The notes under the pieces: model-generated | Database searches by the model: none | Seen by the model: the letters and a program-made list of their open reading frames with translations, nothing else | Told to the model about the DNA's origin: nothing | NCBI RefSeq assembly: GCF_006345805.1 | Contig: NC_042997.1 | Location: forward strand, 120,652,001 to 120,716,000 | Reading direction: 5' to 3' | Length of the DNA stretch: 64,000 nucleotides | From: Octopus sinensis | Taxonomy: Eukaryota | Program-made: the position numbers and the translations under genes | Shown here: positions 27,575 to 41,950 of the stretch, in pieces | How positions within the stretch are numbered: the first letter of the stretch is position 1 | How the letters are laid out: each line of letters opens with the position of its first letter

Positions 27575-27770
27575 AAAAAGAAAACACAACAAGGTGAGGA
27601 CGTGGAACTAATATAGTGTTATTGGACGCTCAGAAAAAGAAAGAAAGAAGGAGCATTTAACGTTTCTAGCGGAGATCTTCGTGAGAAATATAGAAAAAGG
27701 AAAGGTCCAAGGAAGGGAAGACGGAGGAAGAAAGTCGCCAACGATATACTTGCGGTGTCATATTGAACAT
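27575..27770. repeat. Dispersed repeat, probable Penelope pLTR remnant
   Basis: TTAACGTTTCTAGCGGAGATCTTCGTGAGAAA is the reverse complement of a strongly decayed hammerhead-like motif; same layout as 14135-14310. Confidence 0.4.
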
Positions 27771-29194
27771 TATTACAATTAACAATATCATGCACGAAAA
27801 TTTGTCAACATAACATCATCCAGGTAATACAAATTTATGAAATGCTAACTGAAAAACTCAAAATATTTAGCTATTAAAAAAGCACTAACAAAAAGAAACG
27901 CCAAACCAAATTTTGCTTTAGACTTTCATTCTTTCAAGGAAGAGCCACGTTATTGAATAACTAATTTTGTTTATAAAAATAAAATATTAAAAAAAATTTT
28001 TTCGATACTTTTTGACAATTCGTAATATACATAAAAAAATCGAACGTAGACAACGAGTTTATACCTACAAAAATTGATGACGTGACCGGGTGTCTAAATA
28101 ACAAAAACAGCCGACAAGTATTCTACGTTAAGCTTAACTGTAGAATAAAACTACATATAATAATTCTACGTAATGCTTAATAGAAACTTATATACTTTAC
28201 GTCGCAATAAGTAATTACATATCTATTTATTTAATATAATAAACCCTTCTAGAGGAATTAATGCTATTTAACAATAACTGAAGAATGAGAATACTGAATA
28301 ACATATACCATCATCGAACATCTTGCCGGGTAAATAATACATACAAATTAGAGATAAACCAACTAAATAGCTATTTATTCATTTTAATACATCTTATGTA
28401 GGAATTAACCTTATTATATCGTAATTGAAAAAGTAATATAATTAAGAATAAGATATACAATTATTGATGACTATGCTAGATTACTAAAGAAAAAATGCTT
28501 TAAGATAATTAATACTTATTTATTTTGATATGATACCATTTTACAAGAATTATGGTTTTTTATATATACCATTCTTGATGACCTCGGTGGATAATCAAAA
28601 GAATAAAAATTATAGATAAGAATTCTCCGGTGCACTTTATCGTTAATCGTAATAATAAATAACAAATATCTTACTCATTATATTAGCCATATTAATTGAA
28701 AATAACCTTCTTATATAATAATTAATTCAAATATTATTATAATTAATAATTGAAATAATTAAATGTCTTTCTAAATTTATGGCAACACCTTCAAGTTTAG
28801 TGCCCATTAGAATTCATTAGAATACTTCGAGGCAAAGATCACAGGTAGAATTACCAACATTATACGATGGTGCATAATTAATTATAAAACCACTTTCATA
28901 GATTACCAGTACTAGATACAGAACTCTGGCTAGAAACTGTGAATAATAAAACCCAAATCCTTCATTCGTACCATGCCAAACCTATGGCCTCAAAATACTT
29001 GATCCTCCGGAACACAGCCATTGCGGACAATGCCAAATTCAATATTTTGATGGCAGACCTCATCAGAATAATGAGAAACGTGTCACGCATGTGCGAACCT
29101 ACAGAGTTAAAGAGACGCATACAGTATTTCATTCACCGCATGCAGTTCTCATGGTTACATCCATAAAGAAAGGATCAGAGTATACAAAGGAGCC

Positions 29195-29875
29195 ATGAAG
29201 AAATTTGTTAATATATTATGTAATGATAGGAATGGGATTTGCCCACTCTATAGGAACAAGTCATGGAACACTATAGAAAGGACAAAAAAGAAAATAGGGA
29301 AGACAAACTCTTGGTATGATAGCCATACATACCAGAGTGTGATGTTCCTTGACACCACCCCTGGAGGTGAACTGGCGTACCGTTTTAGAAGGACCCTAGA
29401 CAAACTTAAGCTAATGATTAAGGTTGTTGAAAAGCCAGGCAACCCTATCAAATCTATAATTTGTAGAACCTACCCTTTTAGTAGAACCCCCTGTACGGAT
29501 AAGTACTGTACTGTATGTAGATTTAGCCCACAAACAAACTGTAAAGCCAGAAATGTAGTCTATAGTATAAGATGTATAGAGGGACGATGCAGTAACAAGA
29601 CAACGACATACGTAGGGGAAACGGCAAGAAGCATAGGAGAGCGGGTAAATGTACATTGGACAGAACGTAAGGAAGGCAAAAGCTCATCAATTCTGTACCA
29701 ACACGCCGAACAGGAACACGGGGGATCAATCAACATCATAGAAATTAAAATATTGTCCACACATAGAACAGATGCAACAATCAGACAAATTACAGAAGCT
29801 AAACACATAATAGAAGATAAACCTAGCCTGAATAGGAAACTGGAATGGAACACAAGCACACACCACAACATATGA
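29195..29875 (+). pseudogene. PLE linker plus GIY-YIG endonuclease (226-aa open segment, separated from RT by a frameshift)
   Basis: C..C..C..C...NCKARNVVYSIRC..C...TYVGETARSIGERVNVH...LYQH..EH...RQITEAKHI..KPSLNRKLEW. Confidence 0.88.
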
Positions 29876-30345
29876 CGGTAGAGGATCCCCATAAACTGGT
29901 TACAATATAAACAAAACCAAAAACATAATAAATAAAATACACAGATAAATAAACAAATAGAAATAGATAACTATATAGGTTTTTTTTTAATTTTTTATTT
30001 AATTTTTTTTAATTTAAAATATTTTAAAAAGAATATTATTATTTTTATTATTATTACCAGTATTGTTGATATACATACATACATAGAAGCATACGTAATG
30101 ATAATAATAATAAGTGGATGTAAACACATGAACAAAATAAGAATAAACAAAACAACAACAAAAACAAATTACATGAATATATATAAACAGAAGATACAAA
30201 TATTACAGGCATCCCCCCACACATACACTAAATAAACATTGACGCACATAGAGATATAAGCATGCGCAAATGAAGACATACAATAGAAATACAAAATGGC
30301 TGACGGTTAGTAAAGAGAGACACAAATAAGAAAGAAGAAAACAAA

Positions 30346-30390
30346 GGACCACTGATGCGGTCACAGGAGTGTGACGAAAGAACTCTGTGG
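30346..30390 (+). ncRNA. Hammerhead ribozyme-like motif, variant core (CTGATGC)
   Basis: GGACCA-CTGATGC-G-GTCAC(aggagt)GTGAC-GAAA-GAAC-TC-TGTGG. Confidence 0.55.
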
Positions 30391-30989
30391 GAACAGGAGA
30401 CTAGAAAACATTATTATTATTATTTATTTACCATCACAGGTACTTCATTGTCCATGTGGGCAAAATTTATATGATATCTCATATTAGAAATTTTGCTTAC
30501 AGTGCACCAAGCAGTATTTATTCAAATAGTCAAGTCATAAATATTTCATTGTCTGAAGAACTTTATGGGAGATATCTTACCAATTTATCCTACCCATGTC
30601 ATTTTGTAAATCCTATTAACGAAATAAATGTAATAGTAAATAAATAATACCAAAGATATTTTCCAATCCACCCTTCGGACATGTATTAGTATATATATTT
30701 TATATATATGTATATATATGTATATATTTTCTATTATGTTTCTGATGAATATATATGGCTGAATTATTAAATCAAGCTTTTGTAAGGAAGGTGGTTTTTA
30801 TGTAATCGCCTAAATAACGCTTCTAAATGACAACTTTGAGACGCAAAGAAAGATTATAATGTATTTCGGTGTAACCTTGCAAAGAATACAGCAGAAGGTT
30901 AAAGATGATATCTTTAAACATAATTGATAGCAGCTTAGGTCATGCTTCAACACATACACATACACACAATCAGACACACAAGCACACAC

Positions 30990-31035
<46 letters not shown>

Positions 31036-32449
31036 ACATGTATGTATCTCTGTTCCATATGAGGAATATAAATACAAAAGAAGCGAAGGCGAGGTGAAAG
31101 ATCAAATTAGTTGTTTGAGAATAACGTTCAGGGAAATTGGAAGAAGACTTTAACATTTCGAACGCAGGCACTTCTACAGAATACTGATACGCTTGTTCTT
31201 TTATGTTTGATTTTCTTTTCTGTCTTAATCTATCTTTTCCACAGAAGAGCATAAGCACGAAACTAGAAAGACTTCTACTAATTTTCCTGATCGTCACCCC
31301 AATGCACCCAGATTGCTCAATATATTATTTCTCTTTTCCTTGTATGAAATTATTTTATTCATTTCTTGTAACAATATATCACATATGCTCATATGGTCAC
31401 TCCACTTTGATCCACCCTGAAAAATGTCCGCCTCTGTCGTCTTCATGTTGAGCCCCTTCTCTGATAACTGTCACCTCTCACCGACTAATTTACCACTGTA
31501 CTCTAATTGGATTACCAACTGGAACTGCATTTGAACACCTTTACATTGATTACTAACATCGTAGATCTTACTAAGCGCTCTTGTTGACATACATACATAC
31601 ATACCATACGTATTTGGCGTAGGAGATTATCTATCGAAAATACGATGAATTTTATCTCCCACTTCGGAACCATAACCAACAGCCTTGTTAAATAACGGGT
31701 TAATCTTCAGATAAATTGACTGAGGGAGACTTTTATCACGACCGTAGTGATTAACAACTGAAACTTGAATTTAGCATGCTACAAACAATTTAGTTACTAC
31801 TAACAACAAGGCTGAACACAACATCAACAACAGCTCAAGAAGTAAAAAAAGTTTCTTTGTAGCTGTGGAAGAAACGGTAAGTACAAAACTCATTTCTCTT
31901 GGAGAATAATGATCTGTTTACCTGCTATGAGATAGCGAAACGAAACTCAACTGTTGGCTATATGAGACGATTAGAATCATTGGGACGATCTGCATCCAGA
32001 ATTAAATCATTTTACTGCGAAGCAACTACGCCAAAAGCCAACATTTGTAGAACATAGAAAGAAGGTTAATAACTGCAAATTTATTAATAAATCGAAAATT
32101 AATCTTCTTCCCAACTCTATAGACCAAAACAGAAACGTGAATGATATAAGACAACCACGTGTTTTCGCGGTTAGGGACATTCCAATATATTCTATAGTGC
32201 CTGCCAGCCAGCCAAACTACATTACTGGTTCAAGTAAGTGACCTCTGTCCCCTTACTACGACTATGGTATATAGCAGGCTCACCAAGATAGTTGCCACAA
32301 CTTTTCCATAGGAGTAACCAAAGTTGGCGGTGCTGGATTCGATTTTGTGCAGGGGGTGTGTCAGTATGGATGATGCTGTAGTCTATACAGGTTAAGTGCT
32401 GTGCTCGCTGAATTTGGGGATGGCAATGCTAATGCCGTATATCTGAATT

Positions 32450-34330
32450 GTTCGCTTCCAGTCGCATCAATGTTATTATCAGAACGTAACTCTGGTTGCA
32501 ACAAAAAAATAATTCATTATTTCTTTTCATGGATATGCAGATTGATTCCTTGTAACCTCCTGTGGATGCGGAGTGCGTAATTGTGAACTCCGGGTGAATA
32601 GACATCCTGTCAGTCATAATCCTTATGAAATTAGAAAAGGCCTTCGTGTGGTCACGAATATAACGGTAAAATGGCAAAAAAGGAGTATTACATATTTCAT
32701 TTCACGAAAGAGTGTATATGCTGGAACAACATAACACTTGAGAGGCTGCATCTTCCAAATAGACGATTGTCAGTATTCTGGATGAAGCAACTTAGGTTGT
32801 GTATTGCATGTTGTGTAAATCTGAGTTCACCTGTATTCTTGTGTGCAATGTTAGAGACGATGATGTTTAAACAGTAGTAACTAACTTTGACGTTAGAGTA
32901 GTTAAAAAGTTTATAATACATATGGGTTCTTGAGAACTGTTTCTTAATTTCCATCCAGACGCCCCTAATTATATTGCTTAAAACTTCTACGTTATAAGGA
33001 AAATAAACCCAAAATACATTTCCCTTTCTGGTCGTCTTAGATTTCAGACTTGAGATGGGATAGCCTCCATATCTCTGAGTGAATCTACTTCTTGCTACTC
33101 TCTTGTTACAATGGGAGTCAGTTTTGTATAAGATCTATCCAGTAGTAGGTTAAAGGTTCTTATTATTAGACATGTAACCATGTTTTAAATTATAGCTTTT
33201 GGGTGGTTGGAGTTTCCTTCGTTGAGCTACCTTGAAGGGTAATATTTGCCTGCCTTTAGGTTTAGAATTTCGTCCAGGAAATCCATTTTTTTTTCAGAAT
33301 TGGCGGTGGCCGTTACAAATAGGCTGAATTCGTTGAAGAGCTGATCAGATTCTTCTTGATCTAGTCCATGAAATAGCTGTTTATATGACCTGAGACTGAC
33401 AGTCCGTCGTCCGGAATTGGAGCCGAACAAATAGGGTATGGACACGAGATCCTCAATTTCAGCCTCCTATATACGTCGGACAATAGGTCACCTTCCGTCC
33501 TTACCAAATTGGTATCATCGTGAACCAAGATTGACTGATTTCTATATTCAGGTCTCTGATATTTGCATATTACCTACCAAAATATAAAGCTCTCTGGAAG
33601 AGACATTTCGATATTAAAGAATAGAAATTTACGATATTCAACTGGTACAGAGTACATAGTGCTTTATTCTCAATGCCGAGAAATCAATTGATTATTGTGA
33701 TTCTCCAAACTCATTGGATCAATTCCGCCCGCAGCCCTTCTGATATCGGAGTTGATAGTATTCGAATATGTACACTGATTGAGTTTATATCTCTCTACGT
33801 GTGTTAATCGACCTACATTTATGATTAAAAAGTGCGTTGGGTTTATGCTCCTTCAACGTGGTATTAAAGTGCGACATAACGTTGCACGCATTCCTCTACA
33901 TTTAGAAGAGTGGTCAGCACTTTCACTTCTGAGTTTTAATATGTAGAGATGTTTTTCATGTACGTTACGGTGATTCGGTTTGTAATAAGTATTGAATACG
34001 TGGACGTATTTGTCTCCTTTGTTTCGTCGTCAAATAACTGCTACATTTTAGTCCTGAAATTGTTGAAAGAGTTTAGGATGCCAATATCTTACCTTCTTTA
34101 CGATGTTCAATAACTTAGCCTAAAATGTCCCAAGGTGGTTTATCTAGGGAGGACAATTTCGGCATTTAAAGCCGAACATTTCCGCAGTTGTGATGGTGGA
34201 GAGATTCTCATAGAAAGCATCCCAACGCATACATTTGGCGACACTTTAATCTTTTCCCGATAAGGCGCAATAAATAACACTTCCTAGGTGATATTTGGAG
34301 TACAACAGCTTTTATCTCTCCATTATGAAC
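32450..34330 (-). mobile_element. Near-full-length degenerate Penelope-like element (second family, Naiad-like)
   Basis: Manual minus-strand translation gives, in order: KCMRWDAFY..FGFKCRNCPP; TLKEHKPN..HKCRSIN; F.GIENK..FLFFNIE; GAEIEDLVSI; (R)DDGL; KMDFLDEILNLKAGKYYP..SNHPKAII; KQFSRTHMYYKLFNYSNVKVSY; PFYRYIRDHTKAF. These match PLE RT and GIY-YIG motifs in sequence. Confidence 0.8.
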
Positions 34331-34964
34331 TGTTTTCTGTCGTTTGCCGACGGAGAATTTGGAGCACGAAGACGAATAAGTGAACAAAGGGAAGAAAGCT
34401 TCTCTCAACGCATTTGCTTGGAGTTACATGTAGTATTTGATTACAGCATGACTGAAAGCGAAATTAGTTATCATTGTTCTCATGTACACATACACTAACA
34501 TGCTAATGTTTGGTGCAGCATTGCCGTATGTGGCTTTTCCAACCGAAAGGGTGTTGTCGTTTTTGTGTTACCTCTACATTAACACGTGATAATACACCAC
34601 CCTTCTGTGTATAGCAACATACGCAACGAAGTGTTGTCTCTATGTAAACTATACAGAAGGCACCCGTCGTAACGGTATCAGCTGCCTACATGCGCCTGTC
34701 CAAATACGTGGACCTGGAAAGGAAGATAAACTGATGTATATTTCCAGACCACTAACACGTCGTGGCCTAAGAAGACTCATACCGGCCTAACATGCCTAAC
34801 ATCTAGGAGTTATATAGAATTCACCTTATTCCCCCTTGATTTCCAAGTGCTTCAAAAGATAGGTTCGGTTCCTTGTACTAGTCTACGGAATTGTTATAAG
34901 ATAATACGTGTAAATAGCACCAAATATGCTGAGTACAACTTTCTTTCGTTTGTCCACTCGCTGT

Positions 34965-35027
<63 letters not shown>

Positions 35028-38000
35028 GAAAGGCCTTTCCAATCTAACACGTTATGTACTGTAAATTAGAAACAACTTACTCAACTTAAGACTACGTAGT
35101 ATATACGACAGAGCAATGGATACTGCGGAATAGTGTTGTTCCTCTCCTTCCTAAAACCTCAATTGTTCTTGGATCTTAGATATAAATAAATATTCGTAAT
35201 TCTATGCCATTTCTTATAGTAAAAAATTAGACAATTACACATTAGTTGACTATACAAACCTAAATGTAAAACTGTTTGGCTTCCATAATTTCAGTCGGTT
35301 TTGGCATATAACATTTAATTTTGATTTGTCGGTTTCATGTTACAAACTAGCACCTGGAAAGCCCATCGGTACATGTCTCCAGTGTTAATACACGTTCACC
35401 TTTCCGTTACGTGGTGGGTGTAAGTTTGTATTTTTATGTATGACTTTAAAAGAAGATATGTCTCTGAATCCCGTGTCATATCTTCCAGAGTGGTTTATAT
35501 AAAATAGCTTCTCTTATCATTTTGTGAGATGCCTTGGATGCATTATCTATCCCCAAAGCCTCACATCTGCAGAAAATAATAAGCCTGCATATATTATGAT
35601 CTTTCCCTTTCTCCTGTCGAAACACTTGCACATCAGCATTTATGTATCAGTGAAAGCAAGATCGATTACATTAAAACAATGGTACCACCTCCGTTTCAGA
35701 CATTCAGGAGTGGTTTCACACCGACAGATTCTCGCAGTTCTCACTTTCAAACAATGACTGAAATCTTGAATATCAATAAATAATCATTCTCAATCTTCAA
35801 CCTGTCATGCGTTGAATCCTGCAAAAGCAAACAATAAAACTACTGGAAAATATTAATTCAAAATTCTGGCGTCGACACTCCGCTTGCTGTAGCCAACTTA
35901 ATGCTGAAAAATGATGTTTTGATGCCAGGCAAGAATTTATTAAAATGTATATTATATTCATATAATTTACACATTCTAAGCTTCATAAATTTTGATGATG
36001 TTACATGGCAACTGCAAATCAATAAAGTATCCAATTTTACATCGCTTATTTAGCGCAGAAAATATTTCAATGCTGAGCAATGACCGACATTGTATAACAT
36101 AAAGTGACCGAGTATTAGTTAAAGTAATACCCACATAATTATAGTGCCAGCGCCGCTTCACAGACATACGTAGAATATTGCAACACAAATTAATTCTGTG
36201 TTTGTCAGACCGTGTTCTCTCTCCCATCTAACAGTTTGTATTTGTTGAAATCTCCATTTATCATTTTACTTCAATGACGTACTAAACGCCATGCTAAAAA
36301 GTGTGAAAGAACGAAATATTGGCCTGCACAGCACTCCATAGATCACACTTGTCAAATGAGAAAAAGAAATCTCATTTAGAGCAATAGGCAGACGTTTCCT
36401 TTTCATATGTTTAGAGGTATCGCCTTCCATTCATTCATCTTCTGAATATTTTATTGGTTAAGAATGATCACTCATTTGTGAGCAACCCTGCGATCATTTC
36501 GAGAGCAAGATCTCCATCTTATATTTTTATTTTAAACCTTCCTTCATCAGTGAAAGTTTCTCACTATGATGTATAAAACACAAACAATAGGATGGATTAC
36601 AATAACAACCTGAACAATTAACTATCTTTATCTGGAAGTGGAAAATAACTTTTTTACCACCAGAGAACGATTACAGAATTTACAATATTTATAAAATCTG
36701 ATGTTCTTTGTACATTGCATTTGAATCAAGAGGAATATATTCTGAGGTGACTCGGTAGAAAGGTAGGTACACTAGCGTTAGTGTGAATAGTGTGCAAGGT
36801 TTGCATTGACAATACACGAAAGAAACAGCAGATTGATGAGAAATAATTTATTTTCTATCATTGAAAGAAAAATTACAAAGAAATACCTCTTCTTTTGTTA
36901 CAACGGCAATATCTGTTCTTTTGAACTATCAAACGTGTAACCAAGATTTTCTCTCGTCCTCTCATTTCTTTTATTAAAATATTTCAAACTAAAACACTCG
37001 ACCGAATTCATACTAAAAAGTATAACTCTAAGGGAACATTGCCCAGCTCGCACATTACTTCAAATGGTCAGCTTCATCAATATGACTCGTCGCTAATTTA
37101 TACAAAAGGTTATATTAAATGTTATATGCCTTTGACTATGGAGTATGTGACGAGAATTGAAACTGAAATCGCGTTTTAATATAAATAAGTGTGCTGGCAT
37201 ATTTTATATTAAGATTTTTGAATGCATCATTCAAATAGGAAAAAAGTTAATTTGCGAGAAAAGTATAATCATAGGTTTATATCATCAACATTTTTTCCAC
37301 AAAATACAGCTGCGTATTTATTTCTTGATATTCTGAGATTTTAAGCATCGGTAATTATACATAAACGTCCAAAATAAGCCTAATATAATGCTTCAACACA
37401 AATATATTGAAATTATGTAAATTGCGATGCAGAAATATGCATATTTAAATGCAATATGGATGATTATCACATGTTAATTTTACCGCAGTAAGTTTACATT
37501 GTTGTTTTGATTTTTTCCAACTAGCATACGAGATAGAGGAATCAATGAACAAGAGAAACTGATCGTGCGGTAATCGATATTGTTAATTAAAATAAGATGT
37601 AAAAACAACATAATATATTCTATTGTTATTCTAATTCGTAACAGCTTGCAACTTATGTTATTTAATACGTTTTCACTGACTTTGGAAAAAAGTATTTCCA
37701 AGTTTCCTGAACTAATGTATTTTATATCTCCCGTATTTAGAATTTTAACAGGGTGGGTAGAGGATGTGGCAGAGTGACTCTGGTAATATTGGGCATGAAT
37801 TATTCAAGGTGAGTATATTTTCTACCACAAGAAAGAAACAAGCATCTGTGTGTTACAAGTTTTCTTTTTCTTTCAAGGTGTAGTAGAATGTGATGGACGT
37901 CAAGCAAATACAGCATACTAATTTGAGATAAACATTCCAAACAAACGTATGTTCAAGAGATTGTAAAAAAAATATCGATGTCAAATTTGAAGTGAAAAGA

Positions 38001-38402
38001 GCAAAATAAACGAATAGTGTTAGAATGAGATATCATTTTCCAAGCAAAAAGATATTTCGAAGAATTTGTGATCAATAATAATAATGCTCATTGTCAGTTG
38101 ATTAGTAACAATAGAACTACCATGCTGCTGTATATACAATTGATCAATATGTTTCTTCTGTAATTAATTCTTTTCAAACAGTAGTATTTATAATGATATC
38201 ATGTGTTCATTGCAAATATACTAGGGAGAGGTTAGTATTATTTAAGTGTGTTTTAAATTTCTATGCTGAAAAATGTTACACAATTCATTATTCTGTATAA
38301 GCACCATGACAGTAGATGGATTAAATTTATCATTAATAATTTTAGAAAAAAATATTACTTGAAATTACCGAGTGGGGAAAGTGAAGTATATATCATATAA
38401 GG

Positions 38403-38441
<39 letters not shown>

Positions 38442-38768
38442 ATAGTAAGAGAGAGTGTCTGTGTGTGTATTAGGTGTGATCAACAGAATTGAATATTGAG
38501 AAAAATGTCGTCAGAATTTTTGGAAAAAAATCCTTTCATATCTATATTATTATTAGTACTTTCGTTCCCCTGTAGAACTTGTCGAATACAATTTGGTGAA
38601 TGTAAAAACAGCTTGTTTATTTACATGAAACATATTATTTCGGGAGGCTTTGTTTAGAAGAGAACATTGTTTTTAGGTGAGGTTCCGAGACAATGTAGAT
38701 GGAGAGATAGAAATATAGGTAGGTAGATGGGCTGATAGATAGATAGATACATACATAATTAGATAGAC

Positions 38769-38844
<76 letters not shown>

Positions 38845-38846
<2 letters not shown>

Positions 38847-39365
38847 TCATCATCATCGTTTGACGTTCGTTTTCCATGCTAGCATGGGTTGGACAGTTCA
38901 ACTGGGGTCTAGGAAGCCAGAAGGCTGCGCTAGGCCCAGTCTGATCTGGCAGTGTTTCTACGGCTGGATACCCTCCCTAACGCCAACCACTCCGTGAGTA
39001 TAGTGGGTGCTTTTTACGTGCCACTTGCACAGGTGCCAGACGAGGGTGGCAAACGGCCACGATCGGATGGTGCTTTTTACGTGCCACCGGCAAGGAGGCC
39101 AGATGGGGCTGGCAACGGCAACAATTAGATGGTGCGTTTTACGTACCACAGGCACGGAGGCCAGTCGGGGCGGCGCTGGCAACGGCCACGTTTGGATGGT
39201 TCTCTTACGTGTCATCGGCACGGGTATCACAGCTACAATTTCCATTGATGTTGATCGATTTCGATTTTGATTTTCACTTGCCTAAACAGGTTTTCACAAG
39301 TAGGGTCTGTGTCACAAGAAGGAAAGGTATGCATAAGTGGGCTGGCTATGTCCCAGGTAGAGGCC
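38845..39365 (-). mobile_element. RTE-type 3' end (LINE 3' UTR or RTE-tailed SINE) with internal tandem repeats
   Basis: Minus strand contains GGTTGGCGTTAGGGAGGGTATCCAGCCGTAGAAAC (RTE-type 3' motif) and ends in (GAT)n; 3-4 internal ~65-70-bp repeats GGTGC.TTTACGTGCCAC...CTGGCAACGGCCAC. Confidence 0.8.
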
Positions 39366-39488
39366 ATATATATATATACATATATATATATGTGTGTGTG
39401 TGTGTGTGTATGTGTGTGTGTTTCTATGTATGTATGTATGTATGTATATATATATATGTGTGTGGGTGTATGTATGTATGTATACATA

Positions 39489-41052
39489 CAGTAGCGGCCA
39501 AAATGTTTTATATTCTATAATTTTCACAGACTATAATTACGATAAGAATTGTTATTGTCTGAGATTTTGGTGTAATTTGAGAGGATAATACAAAAGTTAT
39601 GGATGGTTTAGTGATTTACTGCAAAACCCATGGCGGCCAAAATGACCAGAGCGGTTGAAAATATAACAAAATAATCAAAAATGACAAAGAATACTGGAAT
39701 TATTTAATATTTAGTGTGAAGCCCTTTAGCTTCAATCACACTTTGACATCTTCGACTGCATGGGGAAATTAAATTTTCTATTTCTTTCTGGGTGACCTTA
39801 TTCCATTCTTCCCGAAGGGCATTCCATAATTGCTCGGTTGTTTTAGGATTTCTGGCTTTCAAACGTTCTCCTAGAATATTCCACTCATTTTCAATAGGAT
39901 TGAGGTCTAGTCTTTGAGCAGGCCAATCCATAATAATAACCTTTTCAGCCTTGAGGAAGTTCATGACCACCTTAGCCTTGTGACATGGGGCATTGTCCTG
40001 CATGAATATGGGTGGTCGCTTAGTTGAATTTCTCAGCACAGGCAAGGCATGATCTTTTACACGTTGTTTATAAACTCCTGCACTTACCTCTCCATGTAAT
40101 CGCACCAAAGGGACCCACACCATCTCCAGGTATCATCCCCCAAACCATGATAGTTCCTTCACCGAATTTAACACTAGTCTTAAGGCATTTATGCGACAAT
40201 TTTTCACCTACTTTTCGACGAACGTACCTTTTCCCATCTAAGCCAAATAACATAAACTTAGATTCATCACTGAAATGCACCGTTTGCCATTTTTCTTGAG
40301 ACCACAAAACATGTTCGGTTGCAAAGGTAAGATGACACTTTTTTATTCTTGGAGCTGATCAGTGGCTTCACTGCAGGTGCTCTTGCTTATAGGCCGTGTT
40401 CAACTAAACGACGAGACAGTTTTTCAAGATAAAGTTTTCTTCAGTACAATGCTAATTTCCCGAGAAACAGCAGCAGCAGTTTTAAATCTGTCCTTCTTAA
40501 TCAATTTTACCATAGCACGATCTTCTCTCTAGCTCGTTTTCTTGGCCTACCTGTAGACTTTCTTGCTTCACACGAACCACAATCATTATAGACCTTAAGA
40601 ATACCGTGAACAACACTTATTAACTTGTTAACAATTGTTGCAATAGACCCAATACTTAAATTATCATTCCTTCGAAGCTTAATAATCTGCTGACGAATTG
40701 GTAACGGAGTAAGTGGCATTATATTAACAAAGTACACTGCAGATATTCTTACTAATGTTTAGAACCGTCATGTAAACAAATTCAAATCATTAGAGTTCGC
40801 CGGTTAAATATACTAAAACACAGAGTAAAAGCAACCATTCTGATTATTTTGGCCGCCATGGGTTTTGCAGTAAATCACTAAATCATCCATAACTTTTGTA
40901 TCCTCCTCTCAAATCACACCAAAATCTCTGACAATAACAAATAATATCGTATTTATTGTCTGTGAAAATTATAGAATATAAAACAACTTTGATAAAAACT
41001 TATACCTACATTTCTGACGAAAACAATGCCGTTCTGAACATTTTGGCAGCAA

Positions 41053-41055
<3 letters not shown>
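39489..41055 (-). mobile_element. Tc1-family IR/DR transposon, copy 2
   Basis: Same family as 1818-3443; TA-flanked; right TIR ends CAACTG|TA; left TIR has a 55-bp deletion. Confidence 0.95.
39704..40719 (-). pseudogene. Tc1 transposase DD34E, frameshifted
   Basis: FSDESKF ... QDNAPCH-(34 aa between D and E)-NPIENEW ... EAKGLHTKY-stop; the C-terminal 139 aa are open. Confidence 0.95.
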
Positions 41056-41650
<595 letters not shown>

Positions 41651-41769
41651 CAGCGTGAGAGATAGAGAGATAAAGAGAAGGAAAGAGATAGAGGGAGAGA
41701 GAAATAGACAGACAGCTATTCAACTGAATGTAAAAATATAATGTTGAAATGTAAACGAAGAAATTGATT

Positions 41770-41950
41770 TCAAACTTTGGCAGAAAACCAGCAATTTAGG
41801 AAGAAGGAAAAGTCGATTAGATCAACAGAAGAGCTCAACCGGTACTTACTTTATCGACTTCAGTAGAATATGAACTCAGAAAAAGCAGACGGATGTACTA
41901 CAGATAAGCATTTTGCCCGTCGTGCTAACGATTTTGTGAGCACGCTTCTT
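41770..41950 (-). mobile_element. Degenerate SINE family C
   Basis: CCGGTACTTACTTTATCGAC..ATGAACTCAGAA..GCATTTTGCCCGTCGTGCTAACGATT is the reverse complement of the family-C head and body. Confidence 0.7.

Larger units (their letters stand above)
28900..30390 (+). mobile_element. 5'-truncated Penelope-like element (RT thumb, GIY-YIG endonuclease, pLTR with hammerhead motif)
   Basis: RLPVLDTELW..YHAKPMASKYLI..ADLIRIMRNVS..RMQFS (RT C-terminus), then the GIY-YIG ORF, then a terminal repeat also found at 59135 and 3545. Confidence 0.9.

Noticed and set aside
27780-28900. Possible upstream RT core of the 28.9-kb Penelope copy
   Set aside because: Very AT-rich, with no RT motif recoverable by eye; left unassigned.
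33000-33450. Possible endogenous RNA-virus polymerase ('RRPEREM' looked like KERE)
   Set aside because: The surrounding motifs match Penelope RT in correct order, so it was assigned to the PLE relic.
37752-37946. Two exon-like blocks separated by a 69-nt GTGAGT...TTTCAAG intron-like segment
   Set aside because: All three frames of the second block contain stops; at best non-coding, and unsupported without RNA data.
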